The notes: generated by a model not told the origin, from the sequence alone. 32,000 bases of DNA from Thermococcus kodakarensis KOD1 (GCF_000009965.1 NC_006624.1:330001-362000), one strand, 5' to 3'. Positions 14,087 to 22,992 are shown, numbered from the stretch's first letter. Numbers and translations: made by a program.

Positions 14087-14407
14087 ATGACTACGATGAT
14101 TGCGACCGTTGATGAGTTGATAGACTTTCTCAAGAAGCACAAAAAGAAGGGCTTCAAGTACGCCATAATTGCGATGGATCCTATTGGTGGGTGGAGGGCC
14201 CCATCAGGGAAAAAGAAGTACTACCAAGCCAATTTCGCCATATCGAGAGGTGTTTTCGCGAAGGACGATCTCACAAACCTCATGAAGGCCGCAGGCTTTG
14301 CAGTCTTCCTATACAAGGACACCGACCCCTTTGACGAGGACACGAAGGCCTACTTCGAGGAGGCCGATTCAGCTTCTTCATCACCTTCCGAGGAGGGTCG
14401 CTCATGA
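14087..14407 (+). CDS. Hypothetical protein
   Basis: GAGGTGAGGGC SD precedes the ATG. Part of the overlapping gene train. Confidence 0.5.
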   Translation: MTTMIATVDELIDFLKKHKKKGFKYAIIAMDPIGGWRAPSGKKKYYQANFAISRGVFAKDDLTNLMKAAGFAVFLYKDTDPFDEDTKAYFEEADSASSSPSEEGRS

Positions 14408-14595
14408 TCGCGCGAGTTCCTTCTGCTTTCCTCGTTCAGCAGGCTTTGGAAGACAGCCCGGCCACTTTTTCAGAGCTGGTCAGGAAAACCGGCCTTCCAG
14501 CCAAGGAGGTCGCTTCAGCCCTGGACGAGCTCGGGCGCAAGGGCGCGGTTGTGAAGGACGAGTATGTCTTTGAGCTTAGGGGGGTGAGGGGATGA
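14404..14595 (+). CDS. Small winged-helix (wHTH) DNA-binding protein
   Basis: ATFSELVRKTGLPAKEVASALDELGRKGAVV is a typical HTH plus wing pattern. ATGA overlaps on both sides. Confidence 0.55.
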   Translation: MIARVPSAFLVQQALEDSPATFSELVRKTGLPAKEVASALDELGRKGAVVKDEYVFELRGVRG

Positions 14596-14903
14596 ACTAT
14601 CTCATCATCATCGACGGCGAGCAGTTCATGGTCGAGGCTCCTCACGTCTTGGCCGCTTGGGGGGTCGCGATAGCTCAGGCCGCTCTGATGCTCCATGAGG
14701 GTCGGCTCCGCTCGGAAGATGTCGAAATCTATGTTTTCTCAGAGCGCGAGGCAAAGCGCGAGGGGGTTCCCGTCATCTTCCCAAAGCGCCTGAACAGGCT
14801 TGAGGTCCTTCAGAAGGTCGAGAGCTTGAGGGATGAGCTCCGCAGGGTGAGGCCGCACGAGGGTCAGGCGACGCTTGAGCAGTTCGTCGGGGTGAGGGCG
14901 TGA
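14592..14903 (+). CDS. Hypothetical protein
   Basis: Overlapping start and stop with its neighbours. Confidence 0.5.
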   Translation: MNYLIIIDGEQFMVEAPHVLAAWGVAIAQAALMLHEGRLRSEDVEIYVFSEREAKREGVPVIFPKRLNRLEVLQKVESLRDELRRVRPHEGQATLEQFVGVRA

Positions 14904-15478
14904 TGGTCGCAGCCCGGGCTGAAATGATCCGCCAGGCGGCCAAATACGGCCGCCACGTTTACAAGCCTTTCTTTGACTATATGCAAAGAGAAATTAGGAG
15001 CGCGGAGAACAAGTATTTGTTCAGCACTCTGATAGAAGGGGCCCTTCCTGGTCAGTTCTCGCTCTATGACCTCGATGCCCTTGTGTTCAGGAAGCATTCT
15101 GAGGTTCCTTTAGCGGCTTTTGAACTCAAATTCATCAGTTGGCGCGTGGCTAAGGATTCATGGGCAAAGGGGGAGCTTCTCGTGAATGGCTGGCAGTTTC
15201 AGCGGCTCAGGGCGCTTTCAGAAGTCCTCACTCTCCCGCTCTATTACTTCATTCAAGTGGGCCAGGAGCGGTTCGTGATGTTCAACGTGCAGCATGTTGA
15301 GCCTTCTTTTGAGTACCGGCGCGGCGGTTCAGCGAGGGATTATTACGCCGTCATCCCACTGGAGGACGTGATCGTCAGCAGGAGCTTTGAGGAGTTCGCG
15401 GATGACCTCGGCCTCCTGCTCGGTGTGAACTTGTCGAAGCCGGCTCAGGTGCCAGCCTACGCCGTTGGAGGGAGGTGA
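14903..15478 (+). CDS. Hypothetical protein, possible PD-(D/E)xK nuclease fold
   Basis: LYDLDALVF…AAFELKF gives a D…ExK spacing compatible with restriction-endonuclease-like or Hjc-like nucleases (weak). GTGATG start overlaps the upstream stop. Confidence 0.45.
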   Translation: MVAARAEMIRQAAKYGRHVYKPFFDYMQREIRSAENKYLFSTLIEGALPGQFSLYDLDALVFRKHSEVPLAAFELKFISWRVAKDSWAKGELLVNGWQFQRLRALSEVLTLPLYYFIQVGQERFVMFNVQHVEPSFEYRRGGSARDYYAVIPLEDVIVSRSFEEFADDLGLLLGVNLSKPAQVPAYAVGGR

Positions 15479-15485
15479 CGGGGCG

Positions 15486-15746
15486 ATGAAATCTCTCATC
15501 TCATTGTATGCTTTTTCGGCGATGATAGCACCAGTTCTGACGTGGTTCATATTAGGGGCAGTGATTGTGAATTATGGGACTGGTGCTCTCATGAAAGTTT
15601 CGGGGTTGGTCTCGATTGTCATGGGCATGCTCTCCTTGTTTGGATTTAGAGAGTATTACAATTACAAGAACGCGGCGCTCATTATAGTTAATATGGAGGA
15701 CATCCCGAGGCTTGCCAAAGCTTTGAAGGAGCGTGAGGGGCGATGA
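15486..15746 (+). CDS. Small membrane protein (2-3 TM segments)
   Basis: ATG at 15486 follows the GGAGGGAGGTGA SD. Hydrophobic segments FSAMIAPVLTWFILGAVIV and VSGLVSIVMGMLSLFGF. Confidence 0.5.
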   Translation: MKSLISLYAFSAMIAPVLTWFILGAVIVNYGTGALMKVSGLVSIVMGMLSLFGFREYYNYKNAALIIVNMEDIPRLAKALKEREGR

Positions 15747-15997
15747 GCGAGGAGTGGTATTATTGGGATATTGACCTTCGTGATGGGTGGGCTATTGTCT
15801 TGGCAAGAACTGAAGAGGAAGCCATTGAAACTCTTCGCAAGGAGGTACAAGACCTCTACTGTGATGAGATAGGTGAGTGGGTTGAAGAGGTCCTAACTAA
15901 GGAGAAACCACGTCCCGTCAAATTTGCGAGACCCCTTGAAGGCAAGAAAATCACAGAGCCTGAGCTCTATGAATTAGCTGTCTCTCCGTACTGCTGA
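15743..15997 (+). CDS. Small hypothetical protein
   Basis: ATGA overlap with the upstream gene. Confidence 0.45.
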   Translation: MSEEWYYWDIDLRDGWAIVLARTEEEAIETLRKEVQDLYCDEIGEWVEEVLTKEKPRPVKFARPLEGKKITEPELYELAVSPYC

Positions 15998-16011
15998 GAG
16001 GGGTGAGGAAC

Positions 16012-16362
16012 ATGGTTGAGGCTAGGTCTTTCCAAGACTTGCATGAAGATATGGTAGAAGTATGGAAACTGTGCTATATGATAGCTCGTTATAAAACAAT
16101 GCCAGAGGGCGCCAGGCTACTCCTCGAGGAGGCATGGGGTATTATCGAGGATTGGAAAGATTGGGCTCGGGAGGCTCAGATGGTTCTCGAGAGGCTTGAC
16201 GACCTTGCTAGGGCCGAGATTGAGGCTCACTATGAGAAGTACTTCAGTATCGCTCAGGAGGATGAGAATGGTTGCGTGTGGGTTCCTCTGGATGAGGTGT
16301 ATGCTGCAGTCATGAGGGCAAGAGACGAGGTGAAAGAGAATGCTGGTCTTGAAGAATACTAA
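16012..16362 (+). CDS. Hypothetical protein
   Basis: ATG at 16012 follows the GGGGTGAGG SD (the track start at 16003 is GTG). Confidence 0.5.
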   Translation: MVEARSFQDLHEDMVEVWKLCYMIARYKTMPEGARLLLEEAWGIIEDWKDWAREAQMVLERLDDLARAEIEAHYEKYFSIAQEDENGCVWVPLDEVYAAVMRARDEVKENAGLEEY

Positions 16363-16533
16363 CACTTCCCGTATAGTATCATTCTTTCCAAACTATCTTT
16401 CACCAACAACCAAGGTCAATCACCACCAAACCCCGAATAATAACAAAAACTGTTACTATAACCCTCAACTCCGCGAGGGGAACTCTGAGAATAATATTTT
16501 TGGCATGTTGGCCAACTAAATGGAGGTGTTGTT

Positions 16534-16887
16534 ATGCCGAGGAGAAGGAAGCTTCCTGACTATGTTGCCCTGAAGATCCCAACTTACGAGCCTGCAGACA
16601 ATCCACTCGAGCTAATCTTCGATGGCAGAAGCCTTGAAGTGGCCCTCAAGGTTCTTGAGTATATCAAAGAGCACGGTCGCCTTTATCCTGACGACTACAA
16701 AGAGTTATTCCCTGAGAAGACCGACCAGGTGCTCTACTTCCGCGTCATCAAGAAAATGCTCGCCCTCAAAATGCTCCGTGTCAGCTCTGACAAGTCATAC
16801 ATCCTCAGCGATGGCTTTTCTAACCGCATGGAGACAATCGCCAAGCTCTGGAAGTTCCAGATTGGCGACCTGAAGGACTTATGGTGA
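16534..16887 (+). CDS. Hypothetical protein with MPRRRK N-terminus, possible wHTH
   Basis: GGAGGTG SD upstream. The N-terminal MPRRRK resembles the MPKRRK of the 10203 ORF. VLEYIKEHGRLYPDDY…VIKKMLALKMLRV is wHTH-like (weak). Confidence 0.5.
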   Translation: MPRRRKLPDYVALKIPTYEPADNPLELIFDGRSLEVALKVLEYIKEHGRLYPDDYKELFPEKTDQVLYFRVIKKMLALKMLRVSSDKSYILSDGFSNRMETIAKLWKFQIGDLKDLW

Positions 16888-17273
16888 GGAATATGACCGC
16901 AACAGCAATAACTTGGTGGGGCGCAGGTCAGAATTGGTGGAGTTTTATGGATAAATATGGAGGAAAGCGCCATAAAAAGACAGATGTGCACATTACTCTT
17001 GACCAGGACGTCCTTCAAGAACTGGACAGATTGGACGTCGTGAGGTCTCGTTTTATCAACAGCCTGCTAAGGGCGGCTCTCTTTGGAGATGAGCCGACTG
17101 TAGTCGTGAAATTGCTTTTAGAAAAGCGTGCGGTAGAATTCTGGTGCCCCGGCCGGGATTTGAACCCGGGGCGCGGGCTCGAAAGGCCCGCATGTTTGAC
17201 CGGGCTACACCACCGGGGCTCGATATTAGGGAAGGAAGACCGTTTAAAAATCTTTCGGGTCTGGTACCACTGA
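16881..17273 (+). pseudogene. Probable int(N): N-terminal fragment of an SSV-type integrase split by integration. The ORF reads into and across the tRNA-Glu gene.
   Basis: About 87 element-encoded codons (including the RHH-like HITLDQDVLQELDRLDVVRSRFINSLLRAAL) run into the tRNA 3' end at 17142 (…VEFWCPGRDLNPG is the tRNA T-arm read in antisense). No catalytic R…HxxR…Y region follows. Confidence 0.5.
17142..17219 (-). tRNA. tRNA-Glu (anticodon UUC), CCA encoded
   Basis: The reverse complement GCCCCGGTGGTGTAGCCCGGTCAAACATGCGGGCCTTTCGAGCCCGCGCCCCGGGTTCAAATCCCGGCCGGGGCACCA folds as a cloverleaf. The acceptor stem is GCCCCGG/CCGGGGC, the anticodon stem CGGGC/GCCCG with loop CTTTCGA, and the T-arm CCGGG-TTCAAAT-CCCGG. 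A TATA-like TTTTTAAAC lies ~25-35 nt upstream on the minus strand. Confidence 0.9.
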
Positions 17274-17350
17274 TTGAGCACCACTGCATTAGAGGCAGTA
17301 ATCCCAAGCTGGACGGAAATCTTTTTAACCGTTCTCATAAGCCGAAAGCG

Positions 17351-18469
17351 ATGCCCATGAAGACCCTCGCAGATGTTTTCAGAGAGGCGCTTAAGGAAAA
17401 AGGCATATCCAGCATAGGAACGCTGTCAAAGCGCTTCAGGAAATCAAAAAACAAGCTCCAGGATATAGCGATTGAGATAGTCCACGGGAAGGGTGCCGTC
17501 TTCAGGGTTCCGGAGAAGACAGCCGTTGCATGGGATTTAAACGGAAACAGGGTTGATGGCTCTTACTATGCCTACGCCCCCCTCTGCATGAGGGAGAAGT
17601 TTGAACCCGTTCTCACACCCGAGGAGCTGAGGGAAAAGCTCCCGGACTGGCCGTACTTCATAATCGACCTCTACCACTGGGACAAGCACACCCAGAAGGA
17701 AAAGGGCAAAATCTGCCTCCAGGTGAACCAGAGCTACGGCCTTTTGAGGGACTACTTCACGGGAAGTGAACTGGCCGTCACCTGGGCGAACGAAGAGTTC
17801 AGGGAGATGTTCCACGGCCCGCTGGACAGGATAACGACCTATGGGGGCCCTACTTCGGAGTTTCTCAAGGAGAATGGCATCAATGAAGTTGTTCTGCTCG
17901 ATCCCTGGGCGGAAGAAGTCCTGAGCGAGAAGGACTTTGACGTTAAGGCGTTCATAATCGGTGGCATCGTCGATACCGGCGGGAACAAGAAGAAGACGAC
18001 CCCAAAAATCGGCGAAGAGCTGGAGAGTGCTGGCATTAAGGTTAGGAGAAGGAAAATAGTCCTGAGGGGAGACGTCGTTGGTGTCCCCGACAGGATAAAC
18101 AGAATCCTCGGGATAATCCTCAAGATGATGGTGGAGGGCAAGTCCATGGACGAGGCCGTCTATGAGATGCAGGAGCCTCTCCACGCCCGCTGGCGCCTGA
18201 GGAAGGAACTGCCGAAGAGGGCCACCCGCTACATGGTGGAAGGGAAAGTTTACAGGGTAGTCGAGAAGGAGCTTTTCGACGAGTACTCAAAATGGTTAAA
18301 AATCCGCTGGGAGGACTTCGTGAAGGTTCTCCGCGAGCTCGATCTGGTGGCGCTTGAGAGGAAGCGGATTCATCACCTGAATAAAATATCCAATGCCAGG
18401 ATAATCAACGGCAAGCTCCACCGTGTCATACTGCTGAAGAGGGCGGCAATGCTCTGCTACAACTGCTGA
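17351..18469 (+). CDS. trm10: Trm10-family SPOUT tRNA (m1A9/m1G9) methyltransferase
   Basis: The FIIGGIVD motif and surrounding SPOUT-like core match Trm10. The ATG at 17351 (or 17357) follows the TATA-like TCTTTTTAACC. The upstream part of the track ORF (17144-17350) is the antisense of the tRNA. Confidence 0.7.
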   Translation: MPMKTLADVFREALKEKGISSIGTLSKRFRKSKNKLQDIAIEIVHGKGAVFRVPEKTAVAWDLNGNRVDGSYYAYAPLCMREKFEPVLTPEELREKLPDWPYFIIDLYHWDKHTQKEKGKICLQVNQSYGLLRDYFTGSELAVTWANEEFREMFHGPLDRITTYGGPTSEFLKENGINEVVLLDPWAEEVLSEKDFDVKAFIIGGIVDTGGNKKKTTPKIGEELESAGIKVRRRKIVLRGDVVGVPDRINRILGIILKMMVEGKSMDEAVYEMQEPLHARWRLRKELPKRATRYMVEGKVYRVVEKELFDEYSKWLKIRWEDFVKVLRELDLVALERKRIHHLNKISNARIINGKLHRVILLKRAAMLCYNC

Positions 18470-18486
18470 ACGTTGCATTAGGATAG

Positions 18487-18511
18487 TTTTTACAAGTTTT
18501 TCCACTGTTTT
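18487..18511 (+). terminator. Oligo-T tracts (T5, T5, T4) downstream of the Trm10-like gene
   Basis: agTTTTTacaagTTTTTccactgTTTT lies 18 nt after the stop. An A-run at 18531-18539 provides the equivalent T-tract for the convergent minus-strand gene. Confidence 0.5.
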
Positions 18512-18572
18512 ACAGCACTTTAGAAGTGGAAAAGAAAAACAAAGATCAGGCAACTTAAGTTTGCACCGCAGT

Positions 18573-20423
18573 TCATCTGAGCGTCTTAACGACAAAGGCC
18601 AGCAAATCCGTAAGCTCCCTCGCCCTCGTCTCCGGCGATGCGCCCATGTGCCCGCTCTTCGTCTCAACTCTGAGATAGACCGGTGCTCCAACTTCTCTCA
18701 GCTTCATGAAGAACTTGAGGGCGTGAGCAGGATGGACTCTGTCGTCGTGTAAACCTGTGTAGATGAGCGTTGGCGGGTAGCGCTTGTTCGGGTCAACGTT
18801 GTGGTAGGGAGAGTACTTCAGCAGGAACTCCCTGTCCTTCGGGTCGTCTGGGTTTCCGTATTCTGGGATCCAAACGCTGCCGATGTAGAGCTTGTGGAAA
18901 CGGAGCATGTCAATGACGGGATACCCAATCAGGGCCGCGTCCATTACGTCTGGCCTCTGAGTGAGAGTAGCTGAGACGAGCAGACCGCCGTTGCTCCTAC
19001 CCCATGCGGCGATACGGTAGCCCTCTTTCTTGAGCTTCTCAAGGACGGCTATGAAATCATCGAAGACGTTCTGCTTGTTCTCCCTCATTCCCGCCCTGTG
19101 CCACTCCTCGCCGTATTCACTACCCCCACGCAGGTTGGCCATTGCAAAGGTTCCGCCGCGCCTTATGAAAGGAATCGCCTGCGGGAAGAAGCGGGGTGTA
19201 AGCGAGATGTTGAATCCGCCGTATCCGAAGACCCAGACCTTTTTATCGTCCTTCTCACCCTTGACGTGGAAGTAGTGAATCTTCGTCCCGTCCTTTGAGG
19301 TTGCAAAGTCCTCTTCAACCGTGAACTTCCCTTCGACCTCTTGCGTCCCAATGAGCTTCAGCTCGCCGTCAAACTGATAGAGTCTGTAGGGAACCGTAAA
19401 GCTCTCGTAGCGGAGGAGGGCTTTTTTGCCATCAGAATCGAGGGGATATACACTCCCGGGAAGATCAAAGGCTATCTCATCGAGCTTCTCACCGTTGAGC
19501 GAATAAACTTCAAGCCTGTGGCTCGCGTGGACGAGCCTACCCGCGAGGATTCTGTCACCAACAATAACGGCCCACTCGAGCGGGAACTCGCCCTCTGGAA
19601 CGACTTCGATGGTTTTCTCGCCCTCTATCGCAATAACCTTGCCTAAACCTTTCCCTTCCCTCGTTAGGATGTAGAGTCTGCCGTTTACGACGTCAATGGG
19701 CTCCGCCGGAACGTCCGCGGAGTAAACCTTCTCCCAGCGGTCTGGGGCTTCAATTGGCCCTATGTAGATATCGGCCCTGTTCCAGCCAAAGGTCACTGTT
19801 AGCATCGCCCACTTCCCGTCGGTGCTCTTTCTGAGCCCCATGAAGTAGCCCGAACCGAGACCCTGGCCAAAAACCATTCTCTCTCCTGATTCGTCCTTCC
19901 AGAAAAGCCTTACAGCTGGAGCTTTGACTCCGTCTGGAGTCTCCCCGTGCCTGTAAAAGCGCGAGAAGTAGTAGCCGTTCTCTAGGAAGGTCACGTTCCA
20001 CACAGAGGGCCTGAGTTCATCTATGAGCTCGCCACTCTCGAGGTCAATTATCCTCGTGACGCCCTCGTCCGCCCCGCCGATTGAGAAGCTGTATGCGAGC
20101 CTTTTGCCCTTCCCGTCGGCAGTAAATCCCTGAAGAAGAACTTCATCGCCGATTTCAGCCTCAAGGGCCTTCGAGTCAACTATGACATCGCCATTAAGCC
20201 ACCTTATTACCTGCCTATCCCTCTCCTTGAACACCGCAATGATGCCTTTCTCCGTGAGTCTGGCACTGTGAAGAGTTGGAAGTGAATACAGCCCCCATAC
20301 CTCCGGGAACAGCTCGTCGCTCAGCTTCCCGATGAATTCCCTAAAACGCCTGTTTTCTTCCTCGACGAGCTTCAGAACGCGCTCATCCTGAAGGTTCTCC
20401 ATCCAGATGTAGGGGTCTTCCAT
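18573..20423 (-). CDS. Prolyl oligopeptidase / prolyl endopeptidase (S9 family)
   Basis: 616 aa. N-terminus MEDPYIWMENL. Beta-propeller region followed by the catalytic GRSNGGLL serine motif and C-terminal D/H residues (HDDRV, SGHMG). Confidence 0.9.
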   Translation of the reverse strand: MEDPYIWMENLQDERVLKLVEEENRRFREFIGKLSDELFPEVWGLYSLPTLHSARLTEKGIIAVFKERDRQVIRWLNGDVIVDSKALEAEIGDEVLLQGFTADGKGKRLAYSFSIGGADEGVTRIIDLESGELIDELRPSVWNVTFLENGYYFSRFYRHGETPDGVKAPAVRLFWKDESGERMVFGQGLGSGYFMGLRKSTDGKWAMLTVTFGWNRADIYIGPIEAPDRWEKVYSADVPAEPIDVVNGRLYILTREGKGLGKVIAIEGEKTIEVVPEGEFPLEWAVIVGDRILAGRLVHASHRLEVYSLNGEKLDEIAFDLPGSVYPLDSDGKKALLRYESFTVPYRLYQFDGELKLIGTQEVEGKFTVEEDFATSKDGTKIHYFHVKGEKDDKKVWVFGYGGFNISLTPRFFPQAIPFIRRGGTFAMANLRGGSEYGEEWHRAGMRENKQNVFDDFIAVLEKLKKEGYRIAAWGRSNGGLLVSATLTQRPDVMDAALIGYPVIDMLRFHKLYIGSVWIPEYGNPDDPKDREFLLKYSPYHNVDPNKRYPPTLIYTGLHDDRVHPAHALKFFMKLREVGAPVYLRVETKSGHMGASPETRARELTDLLAFVVKTLR

Positions 20424-20490
20424 GAAAAATCACCATTTTAACGTTGAGTTTCCAGCAATAAAAAGGTTATCCAAAGTCGGCAAATGCCCG

Positions 20491-20525
20491 TTGTTCCAAC
20501 CTTGGAACAAATTCTTATAAAATTC
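20491..20525 (+). promoter_or_regulatory. ribD promoter: palindrome TTGTTCCAA-cc-TTGGAACAA abutting the TATA-like ATTCTTATAAAATTC
   Basis: Perfect 9-bp arms. The 12-mer TTGGAACAAATT plus TATA recurs upstream of ribBA (24129-24152). The ATG lies at 20543. Confidence 0.55.
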
Positions 20526-20542
20526 GGTATAAATCTGCGAAC

Positions 20543-21604
20543 ATGAGGGACGAAGACGAGAAGTTCATGAGGCTCGCCCTCGAGCTGGCGAAGCGCGGAG
20601 AAGGTTGGACAAACCCGAACCCGATGGTAGGGGCGGTTATAGTCAAGGATGGGAAGATAATAGGCGTGGGCTGGCACAGGAAGTTCGGCGAGAAGCACGC
20701 CGAGATAAACGCCATAGAGGATGCAAAGGCAAAGGGTTACGACGTTAGAGGGGCCACGATGTACGTAACGCTCGAACCCTGCTCCCACTGGGGGAAGCAG
20801 CCGCCCTGCGCGGATAGAATAATCCAAGAGGGCTTTAAAAGGGTTGTCGTGGCCATGGAGGACCCAAACCCGCTTGTTGCTGGCCAAGGAATAGAGAAGA
20901 TGAGAAAGGCTGGAATAGAAGTAGAAGTTGGTCTTCTGGAGGAGGAAGCGAGGAAGCTCAATGAAATCTTCCTCAAATACATCACAACTAAACTCCCCTT
21001 CGTCTCGATAAAACTCGCCCTCACGCTCGACGGCTTCATAGCCACTGAAACTGGTTCCTCAAAGTGGATAACTGGTGAAAAAGCCCGCCAGAGGGTTCAG
21101 GAGCTCAGAAGAAAGCATATGGCGATAATGGTCGGTTCTGGGACGGTTTTAGCTGACAACCCGAGGCTCAACTGCAGGCTTGAGAACTGTCCCGAGAAGG
21201 TTAAGGTTATCCTCGACCGCTCCGGCAGGGTGGCAGATGAGATGAGAAAGGGACGGAAGTTCCGCCTCTTCGAGGACGGAAGGGTTATCTTCTTCACGGA
21301 AAAGCCGGAGAAGTTCAAGGGAATAGCAGAGGCATACCCGATAACCGAGCCAGCCAAGATCCTGAAGAAGCTCGGCGAGCTGGGGATAGACAGTGTCCTG
21401 GTCGAGGGCGGCAGAATAGCCTGCCAGTTCCTGTCCCTGGCCGACAAGTTATACCTCTTCTACGGGCCAAAGCTCTTCGGGAGAGGGATAAAGCCCTTCG
21501 AGTGCCTCAAGGTCGAGAACACCAAGGAGGCTCCCCTGCTGAGAATTGAGTCGATCGAGAGGCTCGGCGAGAGCTTCCTCGTTACCGCTTACCCAGGGTG
21601 GTGA
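20543..21604 (+). CDS. ribD: Bifunctional diaminohydroxyphosphoribosylaminopyrimidine deaminase / 5-amino-6-(5-phosphoribosylamino)uracil reductase
   Basis: Cytidine-deaminase zinc motif HAE…PCSHWGKQPPC. C-terminal reductase domain (LKLALTLDGFIA). Confidence 0.9.
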   Translation: MRDEDEKFMRLALELAKRGEGWTNPNPMVGAVIVKDGKIIGVGWHRKFGEKHAEINAIEDAKAKGYDVRGATMYVTLEPCSHWGKQPPCADRIIQEGFKRVVVAMEDPNPLVAGQGIEKMRKAGIEVEVGLLEEEARKLNEIFLKYITTKLPFVSIKLALTLDGFIATETGSSKWITGEKARQRVQELRRKHMAIMVGSGTVLADNPRLNCRLENCPEKVKVILDRSGRVADEMRKGRKFRLFEDGRVIFFTEKPEKFKGIAEAYPITEPAKILKKLGELGIDSVLVEGGRIACQFLSLADKLYLFYGPKLFGRGIKPFECLKVENTKEAPLLRIESIERLGESFLVTAYPGW

Positions 21605-21606
21605 GT

Positions 21607-22161
21607 ATGTTCACGGGGATAGTTGAGGGAACCGGGAAGGCCCGCTATTCAGCTGGAAAGCTCTACGTGGAGCTTCCCTTCGAAGTGAAGGAAGGGGACA
21701 GCGTGGCAGTAAACGGGGCCTGCCTTACCGTCGTCTCCTTCGACGGGAAGACGGCAGTCTTCGACGTTGGTGAGGAGACTCTCGCGAGGACAAACCTGAG
21801 GGAGGCGAAGGTTGTCAACCTGGAGAGAGCCCTACCCGCCAACGGCCGCTTCGACGGGCACATAGTTACCGGTCACGTTGACGGGACGATAAGGTTCATA
21901 GCGAAGAGAAAGAGTGGAAACACGACCTGGATGGCCTTTGAGATGCCGAGGGAGAAATGGGGAATTGCGGAGAAGGGTTCAATAGCCCTCAACGGTGTCT
22001 CCCTTACCGTCGCTAAGGTCGAGGCAACCCGCTTCTGGATTCAGGTTATCCCCTATACCCTTGAAAAGACGAACCTGGGTCTCCTTCGGCCTGGGGAAAA
22101 AGTCAACTACGAGATAGACGTCCTAGCGAGGTACATGAAGATGATTCTAGATAAATCATAG
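21607..22161 (+). CDS. ribE: Riboflavin synthase (bacterial/eukaryotic-type alpha chain)
   Basis: MFTGIVEGTGK N-terminus. Internal repeat with GACLTV / GVSLTV motifs. Confidence 0.9.
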   Translation: MFTGIVEGTGKARYSAGKLYVELPFEVKEGDSVAVNGACLTVVSFDGKTAVFDVGEETLARTNLREAKVVNLERALPANGRFDGHIVTGHVDGTIRFIAKRKSGNTTWMAFEMPREKWGIAEKGSIALNGVSLTVAKVEATRFWIQVIPYTLEKTNLGLLRPGEKVNYEIDVLARYMKMILDKS

Positions 22162-22223
22162 TAATTGGTTATAAAATCCAAAAAGTTTTTAAAATAACTG
22201 TGTACTATATTAGCGGTGATTGA

Positions 22224-22991
22224 ATGGCCAAGACTGGATACGCCTTGTTTGGCCTGTTTCTTATTTTGCTTTTCAGCAGCCAGTACGCCCTCGGTTCCCC
22301 TGAAAAAATTGCCGAAGATGTTGCACTACCCTCGTGGACCGCTCCCCATGGATTTCCCTACCACAGCAAAATGATTCATCCAACAGCGGTTTGGCCAGGG
22401 TATGGTGGTGGCTCCGACTCCGCGGTGATACACTATGTCAGGGACTCAGACGAGAATTATTATCATTCTGACTTAGTAATGGGCATCCTGGCCAAACATG
22501 GGTATTCAGTGTATTACTGGGACGCCTATTACCATGGATCGCACGGGGATCCGATTCAGAGCTATTACAACCTGTTCCGCGGAAAGAAGATTAAGGTGTT
22601 CTACTACTACGGCCATACAGCTAAAATCCTGCCGTCCACTGAGGTGAACGGTTTTATGATACTCCAGAACCCCAACTTTGGGGATACGGCCAAGGTGTTC
22701 TGGGGCAGGATAACGGGAGATGCAGACATGCACGACGCGCTAATATTTGTACTGGGATGTGATTCGTTCAGACTCAGGGTGGGAGCAACATACAGGACCT
22801 ACATAGGAACAGACAGGCCGATAGACGTTAGACTGATAAAAGACAAAGGAACAACTTTCTGGAAGAAGCTTGATGAGGGCAAAACCGCTTATCAGGCCAT
22901 GGAGAGCATCCAACCAAGCTTCTGGGAAAAGCTAACCCATAGATATTGGGCCAACCTCCAAATCGATGGGGACAAGAACTGGAGGCTCTGA
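22224..22991 (+). CDS. Secreted hypothetical protein
   Basis: Signal peptide MAKTGYALFGLFLILLFSSQYALG. GGTGAT SD and TATA-like boxes upstream. No firm motif; a possible His/Cys pair (YYYGHT, VLGCDS) is not convincing. Confidence 0.6.
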   Translation: MAKTGYALFGLFLILLFSSQYALGSPEKIAEDVALPSWTAPHGFPYHSKMIHPTAVWPGYGGGSDSAVIHYVRDSDENYYHSDLVMGILAKHGYSVYYWDAYYHGSHGDPIQSYYNLFRGKKIKVFYYYGHTAKILPSTEVNGFMILQNPNFGDTAKVFWGRITGDADMHDALIFVLGCDSFRLRVGATYRTYIGTDRPIDVRLIKDKGTTFWKKLDEGKTAYQAMESIQPSFWEKLTHRYWANLQIDGDKNWRL

Positions 22992-22992
22992 C

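Larger units (their letters stand above)
1..17219. mobile_element. Right-hand part of an integrated plasmid/virus-like element (pT26-2/TKV-like), truncated by the window edge and ending at the tRNA-Glu attachment site
   Basis: Dense, overlapping, mostly orphan genes. HerA/VirB4-like ATPase. RHH/wHTH small proteins. An ORF reads into the 3' half of a tRNA gene (split SSV-type integrase geometry). Abrupt switch to housekeeping genes after 17.35 kb. Confidence 0.7.

Noticed and set aside
17144-17350. N-terminal extension of the Trm10-like ORF (track start 17144), and ORFs 17015-17338 - and 17056-17307 -
   Set aside because: These stretches overlap the tRNA-Glu gene and its promoter. The translation (MPRPGFEPGARARK…) is simply the tRNA read as protein. 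The Trm10-like protein starts at the ATG at 17351/17357, downstream of a TATA-like box.
22224-22991. Possible clan-CD cysteine peptidase (His in YYYGHT, Cys in VLGCDS) for the secreted 255-aa protein
   Set aside because: The His is not followed by the usual Gly, and the spacing and context are only vaguely similar. This is not enough to make a functional call without a profile or structure search.
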